Origin: Candidatus Kaiserbacteria bacterium
Lineage (GTDB): Bacteria; Patescibacteriota; Minisyncoccia; Phycocordibacterales; Phycocordibacteraceae
Length of the DNA: 64,000 bases
Direction of reading: 5' to 3'
Assembly: GCA_026396675.1 (NCBI GenBank)
Contig: JAPLWI010000014.1
Span: 376-64,375, forward strand
Shown here piece after piece: positions 17,374 to 25,956 of this stretch. Every line of letters starts with the position of its first letter. Position 1 is the stretch's first letter. Below the pieces are notes generated by a model. That model did no database searches, was not told where the DNA came from, and saw only the letters and a program-made list of their open reading frames with translations. The translations under genes were made by a program, and so were the position numbers.

Positions 17374-18542
17374 GGGTGTATACTAAAGCCATTACTCACC
17401 AATTTAGCGTTGATATGAAAAAAGTATTAGGGTGCGCGTTTCTGGTGTCCGTTCTTGCAATACCGTTGGTTTCGTCTGCAGCAGATTTTCGTTTTGGAAA
17501 ACAGACCTCAATTGAAGCGAATGAGACGGTAGCCACAAACGCCTACCTCGGGGGAGGTAGTGTGGTAAGTGCCGGACCGGTCTCTGGCGATGTACTCGCC
17601 GGTGGCGGCAACGTGTTCGTAAATGGCGCCGTCGGAGGAGATGTTTTCGCCGGTGGCGGTAATGTTATCGTGCTTTCAAATGTCGTTGGTGATGTGCGCG
17701 TCGGCGGAGGCACTGTCATCACGCAAGGCAAAATCGGCGGAGATCTTATTGCTGGCGGCGGGCAGGTAACCGTCGGCGGTCCTGGTATTGGAGGCGATGC
17801 GGCAATCGGAGGAGGATCGGTTCGTATTGACGCCCCAATCGCAGGGAACGCTCGGATTGCCGGCAACGATGTGTACCTAAATGCGCCAATTAAAGGCGAT
17901 ATTTTTGTTCAAGCGAATACATTAACGCTTGGGAAGTCGGCAGTTATTTCTGGCAATTTAAGCTACAAGGCATCTAAGGAACTGGTGAAAGAAGATGGGG
18001 CGATTGTAAATGGACACATAAGTTTTGAACCGCGCGTAGAGCAGAAAGCCACCGCCGTTGGCATCGCCGCAATAATTTCTATTTGGGTTCTCATGAAATT
18101 CTTAGCGCTCTTTGTATGTGCGTTGATTGTTGGGCTCACATTCAAGCGCTACAGCAAGGCGGTCATCAAAAAAGCAGCTGAGCGTCCGTGGTTTGAGATT
18201 GGGAAAGGTCTCGTAGCGTTTATCGTGTTCCCAGTAGCCTCGATACTTTGCCTCGTAACGCTCGTGGGTATTCCGTTCGGTATTCTTGGGCTGTTCGGTT
18301 TTGCGGTCACGCTCATCTTCATGTGGATTATGATGCCAATTGTTGTAGGAAGCGTGATCTATCGTTACTTCACAAAAAGAGAATTGGAAGTATCTTGGAA
18401 AACGGTGCTTCTGGGTGCGTTCGTGTGCATCGTTCTTGGAATTATTCCATTCATCGGATGGTTTATGTTGTTGCTAATCTCTTTGCTTTCTCTTGGTGCC
18501 ATTGTCACGGTTGAGTGGGAGATATGGAAGGAGTGGAGATAG
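17370..18542 (+). CDS. Bactofilin-like repeat (polymer-forming cytoskeletal DUF583-type) protein with signal peptide and C-terminal multi-TM anchor
   Basis: At least 8 tandem units of the GG-x-V-x-V-x-G-x-VGGDV pattern (GGNVFVNGAVGGDVFAGGGNVIV...). N-terminal signal peptide (probable start MKKVLG at 17415). Four C-terminal TM helices. Confidence 0.6.
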   Translation: MRVYTKAITHQFSVDMKKVLGCAFLVSVLAIPLVSSAADFRFGKQTSIEANETVATNAYLGGGSVVSAGPVSGDVLAGGGNVFVNGAVGGDVFAGGGNVIVLSNVVGDVRVGGGTVITQGKIGGDLIAGGGQVTVGGPGIGGDAAIGGGSVRIDAPIAGNARIAGNDVYLNAPIKGDIFVQANTLTLGKSAVISGNLSYKASKELVKEDGAIVNGHISFEPRVEQKATAVGIAAIISIWVLMKFLALFVCALIVGLTFKRYSKAVIKKAAERPWFEIGKGLVAFIVFPVASILCLVTLVGIPFGILGLFGFAVTLIFMWIMMPIVVGSVIYRYFTKRELEVSWKTVLLGAFVCIVLGIIPFIGWFMLLLISLLSLGAIVTVEWEIWKEWR

Positions 18543-18630
18543 AAATACTCACCGCAAAAGCGAGCGAAAGAAATTTTTAGCGCGGTAGTGCGTATTGTAT
18601 AGTGAGAGCCATTATTGCTTAATAATCATT

Positions 18631-18933
18631 ATGGAAAACAATAAAGATTCGGATTGCAAGTGTTCGTTCCACGGAATATGCCACGGGATTCACAGTCATC
18701 ACTGGATGCATCTCGTTATCAAGATTTTCATCGCACTCTTCATCTTCTGGTGCGGTGTTCAGTTCGGAGAATTGCGGACGACTATACACGGCGGCTACGG
18801 TAATCATCGAATGATGGGTTCGTACGAGCAGTCCAGAAATATGATGTATTATGGCGGCGGTCCTGTGATGATGACTGGTCAGTCCACCGTTCCTCAAAAG
18901 TCAGCATCAACAGCGACCACAACGAAAAAATAA
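18631..18933 (+). CDS. Small His/Cys/Met-rich membrane protein (possible metal-binding)
   Basis: CKCSFHGICHGIHSHHWMH cluster, one TM helix, then a Met-rich tail (HRMMGSY, NMMYYGGGPVMM). Confidence 0.35.
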   Translation: MENNKDSDCKCSFHGICHGIHSHHWMHLVIKIFIALFIFWCGVQFGELRTTIHGGYGNHRMMGSYEQSRNMMYYGGGPVMMTGQSTVPQKSASTATTTKK

Positions 18934-18934
18934 T

Positions 18935-19951
18935 TTATTTCCCCCGCCCGAAATATTTCTTTAGAAGCACGACATGTTCGGCGTATGTGTTGGAGCAGTG
19001 AAATTGTCCGGCATTGTCATGAAAATAGAAGAGACATGTAGTGCTCTTCGGATTTAGTGCAGCCAACACTGCGGCGACAGACGGATTCGCAATCGGTGTA
19101 GGCGGCAGTCCGGAGTGAATATATGTATTATATGGCGACTTGCGTGAAATATCGGCTGGGGTCGCCTTTGGCCACCAACTGCCGGTCGTTCGACCGTTTG
19201 CTTTTGCATATTGGACGGTGGCATCTATCTGAAGATTCATGTTAGCGAATAGACGGTTCCAGATAATACCAGATATAAGACGCATATCATCAGGTCCGCT
19301 GGCCTCGCGTTCGAGAAGCGAGGCAATAGTAAGAGCATCATTGAGCGGCACTATTTGAGCGGTTGTCGTTCCATAACGCGAAAGAATATCTTCAGCAAAA
19401 CGTTGGTTTACCATGTCTTGTGCAACAGCTGGCGTTGTTCCTTTTTCAACAACATACACGCCCGGCGAGAACGAACCCTCGGGCAATGGTAGCACCGCAT
19501 ATTTATCAGCGACCATGAACTGTTTTTTTTGCGTGCTGTTCCATGCGAGCGCGTTTCCGAACGCACTCGCCGCTTGCTCCTTCCGCATCCCCGGCGTGAT
19601 GGTTATGATGCGATTACTTGCTCCTGCAACTCCGGCAATGCTCTGATACCATGACGCTTCGCTGACGGTTGTTGCAATCCATTCAAATACGCTTCGTAAT
19701 GCACCCCCTGTATTTTCTACAGCCGCTTGTAGCGGAGGACGAGCGGTTTCAAAAATAGCATTCACCTGGGCATTTTCAACTATGATTTTATTCTTCGGAT
19801 CAACGGTAACTGGGAACTGGCCCAGTGTCATCGTGGCGGCCTGTTCATGTTGGATAGTGAGAACAAGAATTGTGGGAAGCGAAAGCACCGCCACTCCAAA
19901 TAAAACAATAAACACCAACACGACGACAAGTCGTTTGCCTTTCCAACGCAT
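18935..19951 (-). CDS. mltG: Endolytic murein transglycosylase MltG (YceG family)
   Basis: N-terminal TM helix. YceG signature region GLPPTPIANPSVAAVLAALNP. Confidence 0.85.
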   Translation of the reverse strand: MRWKGKRLVVVLVFIVLFGVAVLSLPTILVLTIQHEQAATMTLGQFPVTVDPKNKIIVENAQVNAIFETARPPLQAAVENTGGALRSVFEWIATTVSEASWYQSIAGVAGASNRIITITPGMRKEQAASAFGNALAWNSTQKKQFMVADKYAVLPLPEGSFSPGVYVVEKGTTPAVAQDMVNQRFAEDILSRYGTTTAQIVPLNDALTIASLLEREASGPDDMRLISGIIWNRLFANMNLQIDATVQYAKANGRTTGSWWPKATPADISRKSPYNTYIHSGLPPTPIANPSVAAVLAALNPKSTTCLFYFHDNAGQFHCSNTYAEHVVLLKKYFGRGK

Positions 19952-20039
19952 AATTATAGTATAACAAAAATATCGCCGGCTGTCTTATGGTATCGTTACA
20001 GAGGATTTGTTCTTAAATAAAAGAAAAAAGGAGGGCAAT

Positions 20040-21110
20040 ATGAAATTGCCAGGATTGAAGTTTAAAAATGTCAACTTGGGCAATTGTATTGTCCAAGGCG
20101 GAATGGGCGTCGGTGTTTCTCTTGCTACGCTCGCAGGAGCGGTTGCGGGAGAGGGAGGCCTTGGAATCATTTCAAGTGCAGGCCTCGACGAGATCGTATC
20201 GAAGAGAGATGGGAAGAACGTTGGTACTTACGAAGCGGTTAGAATTGAAATCGAGAAGGCAAAAAGTTTGAGCGGTGGTCGTGGCGCAATCGGCATTAAT
20301 GCGATGGTCGCAATTGTCCGCGACTATGAAGATACTATCCGTGCCGCAATTGACGCCGGAGCTGACGCGATTATTTCTGGCGGGGGTCTTCCACTCGGAC
20401 TCTCTGGTATTAAAAATCCAGGACACACGGCGCTTATTCCTATTGTCTCTAGTGCACGAGCATTGGAACTTATCATTAAGCGCTGGGAACGAGACGGTTA
20501 TCGACCGGACGCAGTTGTGTTAGAGGGACCTCTCGCGGGAGGACACCTCGGATTCAAGTACGAGGAGATAAATAATCCGGCTTCCGAGCTGGAAAATCTT
20601 TTATCAGAGGTTTTAGAAGTCGCTCACAAATACGGTGGCATTCCTGTTGTTGCCGCAGGTGGTGTCTTCACTCACGAAGACATCGAAAAGTTTCTCTCAA
20701 TGGGTGCAAGAGGGGTGCAAATAGGCACCAGATTTCTTGCAACGAAAGAGAGTTCGGCAACGGACGCATACAAACAGGCAGTAATTTCTGCAACAGAGGA
20801 CGACATCTTAGTCGTCTCATTCCCCGACAGAAATCCTGCTTCGCCCTGCGGACTTCCGCTTCGAATTCTCACGAGTTCACCTGCGTGCACTGCGGAGCGC
20901 ATGCCATGTTGTAGCAGAGGATTTTTGCTTCGAAATGGTGTTTGTAAAGCAAAGGACGACAATAGGTATCTCTGTGTTTGTAGTGCGTTAATGAGTTCAG
21001 CAGGATATGCTCCAGAAGAACCACCACTCTACACGGTTGGCCAAAATGCATATCGTGTAGACAAAATTGTTCCAGTAGAGGAGCTTATGAAAGAGCTCCT
21101 CGGCGAATAA
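20040..21110 (+). CDS. NAD(P)H-dependent flavin oxidoreductase, nitronate monooxygenase/FabK-like
   Basis: AGGAGG RBS before the ATG at 20040. NMO motifs (IVQGGMGVGVS, GGHLGF). Cys-rich C-terminus. The 3' end overlaps the convergent NUDIX-REC gene by about 80 nt. Confidence 0.75.
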   Translation: MKLPGLKFKNVNLGNCIVQGGMGVGVSLATLAGAVAGEGGLGIISSAGLDEIVSKRDGKNVGTYEAVRIEIEKAKSLSGGRGAIGINAMVAIVRDYEDTIRAAIDAGADAIISGGGLPLGLSGIKNPGHTALIPIVSSARALELIIKRWERDGYRPDAVVLEGPLAGGHLGFKYEEINNPASELENLLSEVLEVAHKYGGIPVVAAGGVFTHEDIEKFLSMGARGVQIGTRFLATKESSATDAYKQAVISATEDDILVVSFPDRNPASPCGLPLRILTSSPACTAERMPCCSRGFLLRNGVCKAKDDNRYLCVCSALMSSAGYAPEEPPLYTVGQNAYRVDKIVPVEELMKELLGE

Positions 21111-22090
21111 CAAGACCGTTTCTTCTTCATTTCACGATGACGGAGCAACGGTCTTTTACTCCCCTGTATCGCCTGGATAATTTCTACAGCTGAAACAGGT
21201 TTACCAAAAAAGATTACCCCCTCCTTTTCTTCTTCAGGTACATTTTTTCCACTTAGTAATACAATTCGTGTACTCGCATTGAGATGCGGTTTCGCTTTCC
21301 TGATGAATTCGGCGCCATCAATTCCTGGCATTTCATAGTCGGTAACCAGCGCGTTAATTTCCACAACCGAATTCTTTAGCCATTCTAAGGCCTTTTCCGG
21401 ATTAGAAAATGCATATACCAGATACCCGAAAAACTTGAAGTTTTCGCTAAACGTTCCCAATATTTCGCGATGATCCTCAACGAAAAGAATTGTTTTTTGT
21501 TCGTGATCTGTCTTTTTTTTCTTCGGAATTGACTCAGAACTTACCATTTGAAGTATATTTGCGCTCTTTCCAAAACTCCATATCAAAGCGCTCATAACCT
21601 CTCTGCTGATTTGTCGAGATTGAGCCAAATTTACCACCACCTGGAAATGGTGAAGACATTCCGACATGAAAGATCTATCCGTTTTCTTCTCAAGAAAGTC
21701 AATGGCTTTTTGAGCAACCCGAGTCAGTTTCAATTTTTTAGCTTCATCGAAACTGAACCACTTCACTTCCAGAATCCCTTCTTTCAATAGCGGGGCAGGG
21801 GGGTTTTCTCCGTAGTGATATCCGACGAAGATATCAAAAAGATAGAGCTGACCACTCCTTTGCTCATCGCAACTGAAAATCAATTGTTGCTCGAAAACTC
21901 CTTCGAGCTTTGATTCCTCTCGTATTTCTCTGGCAATAGTTTTTTCTCTCCCTTTGTCAGATGATTCAATATGGCCGCCAAGTAATCCCCAGAATAGGCC
22001 CTTTTTGCCTAAGAGTATTTGCCCATAGACATTTAACAGAGCTGCCAACGCCACATGGTGCGTTTTCCCTTTACTCATTTTCCTCACCAC
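21029..22090 (-). CDS. NUDIX hydrolase domain fused to a response-regulator receiver (REC) domain
   Basis: Nudix box GGHIESSDKGREKTIAREIREESKLEG at the N-terminus. A REC domain in the C-terminal third (ILFVEDH, LVTDYEMPGIDG, VLLSGK). Confidence 0.7.
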   Translation of the reverse strand: MVRKMSKGKTHHVALAALLNVYGQILLGKKGLFWGLLGGHIESSDKGREKTIAREIREESKLEGVFEQQLIFSCDEQRSGQLYLFDIFVGYHYGENPPAPLLKEGILEVKWFSFDEAKKLKLTRVAQKAIDFLEKKTDRSFMSECLHHFQVVVNLAQSRQISREVMSALIWSFGKSANILQMVSSESIPKKKKTDHEQKTILFVEDHREILGTFSENFKFFGYLVYAFSNPEKALEWLKNSVVEINALVTDYEMPGIDGAEFIRKAKPHLNASTRIVLLSGKNVPEEEKEGVIFFGKPVSAVEIIQAIQGSKRPLLRHREMKKKRSCYSPRSSFISSSTGTILSTRYAFWPTV

Positions 22091-22182
22091 CTTTCTTTAT
22101 TTTTTGATGTCAAAAATCTACTAACTGACCACCACTATACACTATTGCGGATTAAAGTAAATGTATGGTATAATTTCCAGCA

Positions 22183-22392
22183 ATGCAGAAGAAAGAGACA
22201 ATCTATGGCGCAGAGAAACTTGCTAAATTTTTCGGAGTTACGAAGCAGACAGTGAGAGGATGGTGCAAGAAAGGCAAGTTGCCTGCGTTTAAAATAGGGA
22301 AGGAATGGAAAATCAGAGTAATGGATCTTCAAAAAATGATTGACCAGGAAGTCCGCATCAACAAAGACGAAAAATCCTCACGATTGTTTTAA
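22183..22392 (+). CDS. Excisionase/MerR-like HTH DNA-binding protein (Xis family)
   Basis: 69 aa. LAKFFGVTKQTVRGWCKKGKLPAFKIGKEWKI is typical of the excisionase-family HTH. Promoter TTGCGG-17 nt-TATAAT just upstream. Confidence 0.6.
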   Translation: MQKKETIYGAEKLAKFFGVTKQTVRGWCKKGKLPAFKIGKEWKIRVMDLQKMIDQEVRINKDEKSSRLF

Positions 22393-22399
22393 TCACTTG

Positions 22400-22813
22400 C
22401 TACACCGCACTACATTTCTGGCAGAGGCATCCATTCGGCCTGATGTGCATATCAAAATATTCAGTGTCGTAATCGTATGTTAATTCTTCTCCAACTTTGA
22501 TATTTCTTTTCGCAAAAACATAAATCCTTCGGTTACGTATGTCTATTTCGCAATTCGGCGCACAAGAATGGTTTATGTACCGCGCTTTATTTTCTTTAAT
22601 ATTTCCATCTATCATCGTGTTTTTACCTGTCCAAAAGAGATATTTTCCTTTATTTGCTTTTTGCTCTGATTCTGAGACCGGCCGTCCTGTGTATTCAATA
22701 ATGCATACGCCTCTCGGTATAGTTTCTTCAGAAAACATACCAAGTCCGGTACTCGAACGCCCGATGCGCAAAGCATATTTTTTTGGCTTAAAAACCTTTC
22801 GGATCTTTTCCAT
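22400..22813 (-). CDS. SET-domain protein (putative protein-lysine N-methyltransferase)
   Basis: Canonical SET motifs NHSCAPNC and ELTYDY, plus a Cys-rich post-SET region (CLCQKC). Confidence 0.8.
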   Translation of the reverse strand: MEKIRKVFKPKKYALRIGRSSTGLGMFSEETIPRGVCIIEYTGRPVSESEQKANKGKYLFWTGKNTMIDGNIKENKARYINHSCAPNCEIDIRNRRIYVFAKRNIKVGEELTYDYDTEYFDMHIRPNGCLCQKCSAV

Positions 22814-22829
22814 TTCGTTTCGCCGTGAT

Positions 22830-23081
22830 TTATGAAACCTTGCAACGAGAGGGAAGCCAATTCATCACCACTTTCCGATGCTGGTCAAGCGACCACGAAT
22901 CGTTGTGTTTAAAAAGTGTTACATGCGCTACTTTGAACTCTCGCAAGAGCGCTAAAGAGGCGCGCGGAAACTCCGAAGGGAGGCCTTCGTTATAGGACTT
23001 CAAGAATTCCGAAAGAGATAGCGATTTCTCGCTTCGTATTCGGTCAACATCAGGGAATCTCATTGCTTTCAATAATACCAC
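22830..23081 (-). CDS. Hypothetical protein
   Basis: 83-aa ORF immediately upstream of the SET gene on the same strand. Confidence 0.3.
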   Translation of the reverse strand: MVLLKAMRFPDVDRIRSEKSLSLSEFLKSYNEGLPSEFPRASLALLREFKVAHVTLFKHNDSWSLDQHRKVVMNWLPSRCKVS

Positions 23082-23169
23082 GAACTACTCATTAAATCAA
23101 TTTTACCTTTCTGCTGGATAGAAGATGCCTGCCCGTCCGCAGCTTCTGAGCGAAGGAGGGTTCGAACTG

Positions 23170-23224
23170 CTGTATAAAAACAGAAACCGCCCAATCAAAG
23201 CCAGACGGCTCCGATTAGGCGGCT
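23170..23224 (-). terminator. Rho-independent terminator for the gene at 23223..23564
   Basis: Minus-strand hairpin GCCGCCTAATC...GATTGGGCGG followed by TTTCTGTTTTTATACAG. Its 3' half is identical over 22 nt to the serS-upstream terminator. Confidence 0.5.
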
Positions 23225-23564
23225 AACTCTTTGTTCGTCGGGTGACTTCATATCCAAGTCGGCGGACGAGTTTGACTAAATGCTCTTCTGCTTTGGACCA
23301 AATTGGAAGCGAGAATTTTTTCTGTGGATTTCTCTCAACACGATACGCAGTGTTTCCTTCAACGATAACTATTCCGATGTCATTTTCGTGAATACCGCTA
23401 AGAACCACCTCAATTGCGTTTGTAAAATGTCCACTCGCAATGATATGGTCATCAGTGTGTGGGTACATTCTTATCGCATCGCCAATTTTCGCCCCAAGTT
23501 CTGCATCCTTTTCTATATCAGACAAACCATCGTGCCGCACCAACAAAACGCTTAAATGTCCCAT
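23223..23564 (-). CDS. Hypothetical protein
   Basis: 113 aa. No confident family assignment (weak resemblance to histidine-phosphatase/SixA-like N-terminus LLVRHDG). Confidence 0.35.
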   Translation of the reverse strand: MGHLSVLLVRHDGLSDIEKDAELGAKIGDAIRMYPHTDDHIIASGHFTNAIEVVLSGIHENDIGIVIVEGNTAYRVERNPQKKFSLPIWSKAEEHLVKLVRRLGYEVTRRTKS

Positions 23565-23652
23565 TGCTTACCTCCTCAGAGTAAATGAAATGATCTCCAA
23601 AAGATCAATCTGCTTCTTATATATTACAAAGTATAAATACTGTCAAGCTCGG

Positions 23653-23724
23653 CTCCGGAGACAGGATTCGAACCTGTGACCTTACGATTAACAGTCGTTT
23701 GCTCTACCGCTGAGCTACTCCGGA
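23653..23724 (-). tRNA. trnN: tRNA-Asn (anticodon GTT)
   Basis: Acceptor TCCGGAG/CTCCGGA, D-loop AGCGGTA, anticodon loop CTGTTAA, T-arm ACAGG-TTCGAAT-CCTGT. Confidence 0.8.
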
Positions 23725-23775
23725 ATATACGCATTCTAACTGAAAAATGATTTGCCGCAATGGTACAGTACAACG

Positions 23776-23994
23776 ATGTATCTGAAAGTATTCGTCACGC
23801 CGAGCGCCAAGCACGAAAAGATAGGGGAGAAAGACGAGGCCCTTACAATTTCAGTGAGAGAGCCGGCGACAGGGAATCGTGCAAATCTGCGTGTGCGCGA
23901 GATTATTGCAAAACGACTCGGGAAACGACTTGGAGAAGTGCGCATTCTGACAGGGCACCACTCGCGCTCTAAAATGATAAGTATTACTGACTGA
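23776..23994 (+). CDS. DUF167/YggU family protein
   Basis: MYLKVFVTPSAKHEKI...EPATGNRANLRVREIIAKRLG matches the conserved YggU pattern. Confidence 0.55.
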   Translation: MYLKVFVTPSAKHEKIGEKDEALTISVREPATGNRANLRVREIIAKRLGKRLGEVRILTGHHSRSKMISITD

Positions 23995-24814
23995 CTTTGT
24001 AATCCATCTCGTGTTTGCCTTCAGGGATTACGCGCTCAATAACAAACTCCCCATTCTTTAGTGATGCTTTTGTTATCTTGATTCGTTTATTATTCTCGAA
24101 GAAATAAGTACCGATGCCGTCAGCATACGCGCGATATTTCCTCCAGTTCTCTTCATCTGAGGCATCGAGCGACAATAGTCCGTCTTCTTTTTTAATTTTC
24201 TTTGTGTGGGAAGCAAGCGAATTATCTTGTGGCACGGGTTCAACGTCACCCGATAAATATTTGTTGAGAGTGTCGACGAGCAGTTGTGCACCCATCTCGA
24301 TAAGTCGCGGGCGCAGTTCGCGTGCTGTCTCGGCTTGTGCAATTGGTGTTTCTTTTTGTGCGACAATGTCTCCTGCATCAACCTCGCGCGCCATCTTTTG
24401 GACGGTGACACCAGTCGTCAGATCGCCGGCTAAAAGGGCTGATTCAAGTGGCGTTGCGCCGCGGTATTTTGGCAGGAGCGAATAATGAATATTCAATACG
24501 CCCTTCGGAAATAACTCGATAAGTTCTTCAGGAAATATTTTTCCGTAGGCAACGACGACAGCATAATCGCACTTTTTTGCTCGGATTGTTGTAATTATTT
24601 CGGTGTCAAATGTTTCGGGAGTGAAGACCGAAATGCCATGTGCGAGCGCTAGCGTTTTCACTTCGGACGGCATAACGGCGAGACCACGACCCTTTGGAGC
24701 ATCTGGGGAAGTAACAACAATCGCGGGGATGAAATCATGTGCAATGAGAACTGCAAGCGTCTCGCTCGCGACAAATGGAGTACCGAAAAAGGCGAATGAA
24801 GAAGAGCTATTCAT
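23984..24814 (-). CDS. fmt: Methionyl-tRNA formyltransferase
   Basis: NIHYSLLPKYRGATPLESALLAGD formyltransferase motif. N-terminal FFGTP. Confidence 0.9.
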   Translation of the reverse strand: MNSSSSFAFFGTPFVASETLAVLIAHDFIPAIVVTSPDAPKGRGLAVMPSEVKTLALAHGISVFTPETFDTEIITTIRAKKCDYAVVVAYGKIFPEELIELFPKGVLNIHYSLLPKYRGATPLESALLAGDLTTGVTVQKMAREVDAGDIVAQKETPIAQAETARELRPRLIEMGAQLLVDTLNKYLSGDVEPVPQDNSLASHTKKIKKEDGLLSLDASDEENWRKYRAYADGIGTYFFENNKRIKITKASLKNGEFVIERVIPEGKHEMDYKVSQ

Positions 24815-25374
24815 TGTTGTTGATGGAGATATACCGCGTGGTCTGTAAAAAGAATACCGTTCAGATGGTCCATTTCATGTTCAAAAATTTGCGCCATGAG
24901 ACCGCCGGCACCGCGAGTGAATCGTGTTCCATCAAGATGACGCGCGGAAATAGTAACGCGCTCGTGTCGGCTTGTCGTGCCATAAACGCCGTGAATCGAG
25001 AGACATCCCTCATCTTCTTCTGCGCGTTTACGAGATGTCTTTATAATTTCTGGATTGATATACAACTCGACTTTCGGTACCGGTGCTGGAAGTGCTTCAT
25101 CCTCCGCAACTTCAGGCAGCGGGACGGTTCGATCTTTTCTCACGATAAAAAGACGATACGAAACACCAACTTGCGGCGCGGCTAGTGCAACACCTTCGGG
25201 GTGTTTATCCAGTTCTTCGGCCATATCATCAATGAGGCGCGCGAGTTCATCCGAGCCGAAAAGTTCCTCTGGTACGGGCTTTGCCACCTCACGCAGCACC
25301 TTTGCGCCTGCCCGGCCAGGGCCATCTTGCACGATTTCTTTCATATTGCCTAGTATAGCTCGTCGGCAAAACAA
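24811..25374 (-). CDS. def: Peptide deformylase
   Basis: EGCLSI and FEHEMDHLNG metal-binding motifs. In the conserved fmt-def arrangement. Confidence 0.9.
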   Translation of the reverse strand: MFCRRAILGNMKEIVQDGPGRAGAKVLREVAKPVPEELFGSDELARLIDDMAEELDKHPEGVALAAPQVGVSYRLFIVRKDRTVPLPEVAEDEALPAPVPKVELYINPEIIKTSRKRAEEDEGCLSIHGVYGTTSRHERVTISARHLDGTRFTRGAGGLMAQIFEHEMDHLNGILFTDHAVYLHQQQ

Positions 25375-25387
25375 AATAAAGATAGTG

Positions 25388-25672
25388 CTAATGTTTCTTT
25401 GGGTCTAGTTCCCACCAGAATTTTTTGCCAAAATTTTGTGCCTGACTGCACACACTTTTTAAATAATATAAATCCTGCGTCGGTATTTTTTCTAGAACCG
25501 TGCCAAGATGCGCCATCGTCATAGGTGCGAGACCATCATTCTTACGAGAATAATTCAGATGCCGAAGAAAGAAACGCATCAACTCACCGCGTTCGGTTTG
25601 ACGTTTCCGTCCCTTCGGCGCTTCTGCCGCCTTTTTTTCGATATCGGGAAGGATTTCACCAATGGATTTCAT
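25388..25672 (-). CDS. Hypothetical protein
   Basis: ORF trimmed to the internal Met (MKSIGEI) to resolve overlap with the GIY-YIG gene. Basic, no recognised domain. Confidence 0.3.
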   Translation of the reverse strand: MKSIGEILPDIEKKAAEAPKGRKRQTERGELMRFFLRHLNYSRKNDGLAPMTMAHLGTVLEKIPTQDLYYLKSVCSQAQNFGKKFWWELDPKKH

Positions 25673-25956
25673 CCCGTTAGAGATAGGAAACGCTTCATTC
25701 TGTTTTTCAAATATCGTTTCCCCATTCCCGTTTTTAGATATTTCTCTCGTGCTGCGGCGTCGTTTATATTGAGGCATGCTTCGTAATATATTAACTCATA
25801 CGGACGATGCTGTTTTGTCCACCCGCTTTGACCTTTCTGATGCTGGCTGAAGCGTTTCCGTAAATCGTTCGTGACTCCCGTGTACCAATAATCGCTTGAA
25901 AGGCTTCTGATGACGTACACATAACACATTTTGGTATCTCTAACGGGATTCATCAA
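25669..25956 (-). CDS. GIY-YIG nuclease domain protein (small, YhbQ-like)
   Basis: YVYVIRS...DYWYTGVTNDLRKRFSQH matches the GIY-YIG catalytic core. Confidence 0.6.
   Translation of the reverse strand: MMNPVRDTKMCYVYVIRSLSSDYWYTGVTNDLRKRFSQHQKGQSGWTKQHRPYELIYYEACLNINDAAAREKYLKTGMGKRYLKNRMKRFLSLTG

Noticed and set aside
17543-17866. Pro-rich 107-aa ORF antisense to the bactofilin-like gene
   Set aside because: A mirror translation of the GGC/GGT-rich repeat region. It is an artefact of the Gly-rich repeats.
23100-23165. GGAGGGTTCGAACTGCT resembling a tRNA T-arm or partial tRNA (possible att site)
   Set aside because: No pairing T-stem or acceptor could be built. GGTTCGAAC is self-complementary, and the match to the tRNA-Asn 3' end is limited to that 9-mer. 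It is better explained as part of a terminator.
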